Origin: Marsupella aquatica
Taxonomy: Eukaryota; Plantae; Marchantiophyta
Direction of reading: 5' to 3'
DNA length: 22,540 bases
Assembly: GCA_973895155.1 (NCBI GenBank)
Contig: CCZZQB010000022.1
Span: 1 to 22,540 of the forward strand
The notes under the pieces are model-generated. The model was not told the origin of the DNA and ran no database searches. It saw only the letters and a program-made list of their open reading frames with translations. The position numbers and the translations under genes are program-made. This document shows, piece after piece, positions 21,206-22,540 of this stretch (its first letter is position 1; every line of letters starts with the position of its first letter).

Positions 21206-22540
<1,335 letters not shown>

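Overview
This window is a head-to-tail eukaryotic nuclear 35S/45S rDNA tandem array on the + strand, about 2.7 repeat units long. The order is partial 26S, IGS, 18S, ITS1, 5.8S, ITS2, 26S, IGS, 18S, ITS1, 5.8S, ITS2, 26S, IGS, partial 18S. The unit is short (8218 and 8216 bp between 18S starts) and has a GC-rich IGS of about 2.18 kb. The genes read as those of a green plant. The 5.8S carries GAATTGCAGAATTC rather than the flowering-plant GAATTGCAGAATCC, and the 18S/26S variable regions look bryophyte- or lycophyte-like, so I infer a non-seed land plant. I found no supportable protein-coding gene, group I intron, R2-type insertion or 5S gene. The ORF track consists of rRNA-overlapping and GC-rich spacer ORFs. 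The notable content is in the IGS: two structured subrepeat families, a single plant-type Pol I initiation motif, several G-quadruplex-forming motifs, and the apparent absence of a linked 5S gene. Most differences between copies are 1-nt indels that look like long-read consensus errors. I see no evidence of a new biological system, and the findings are modest IGS-level hypotheses.
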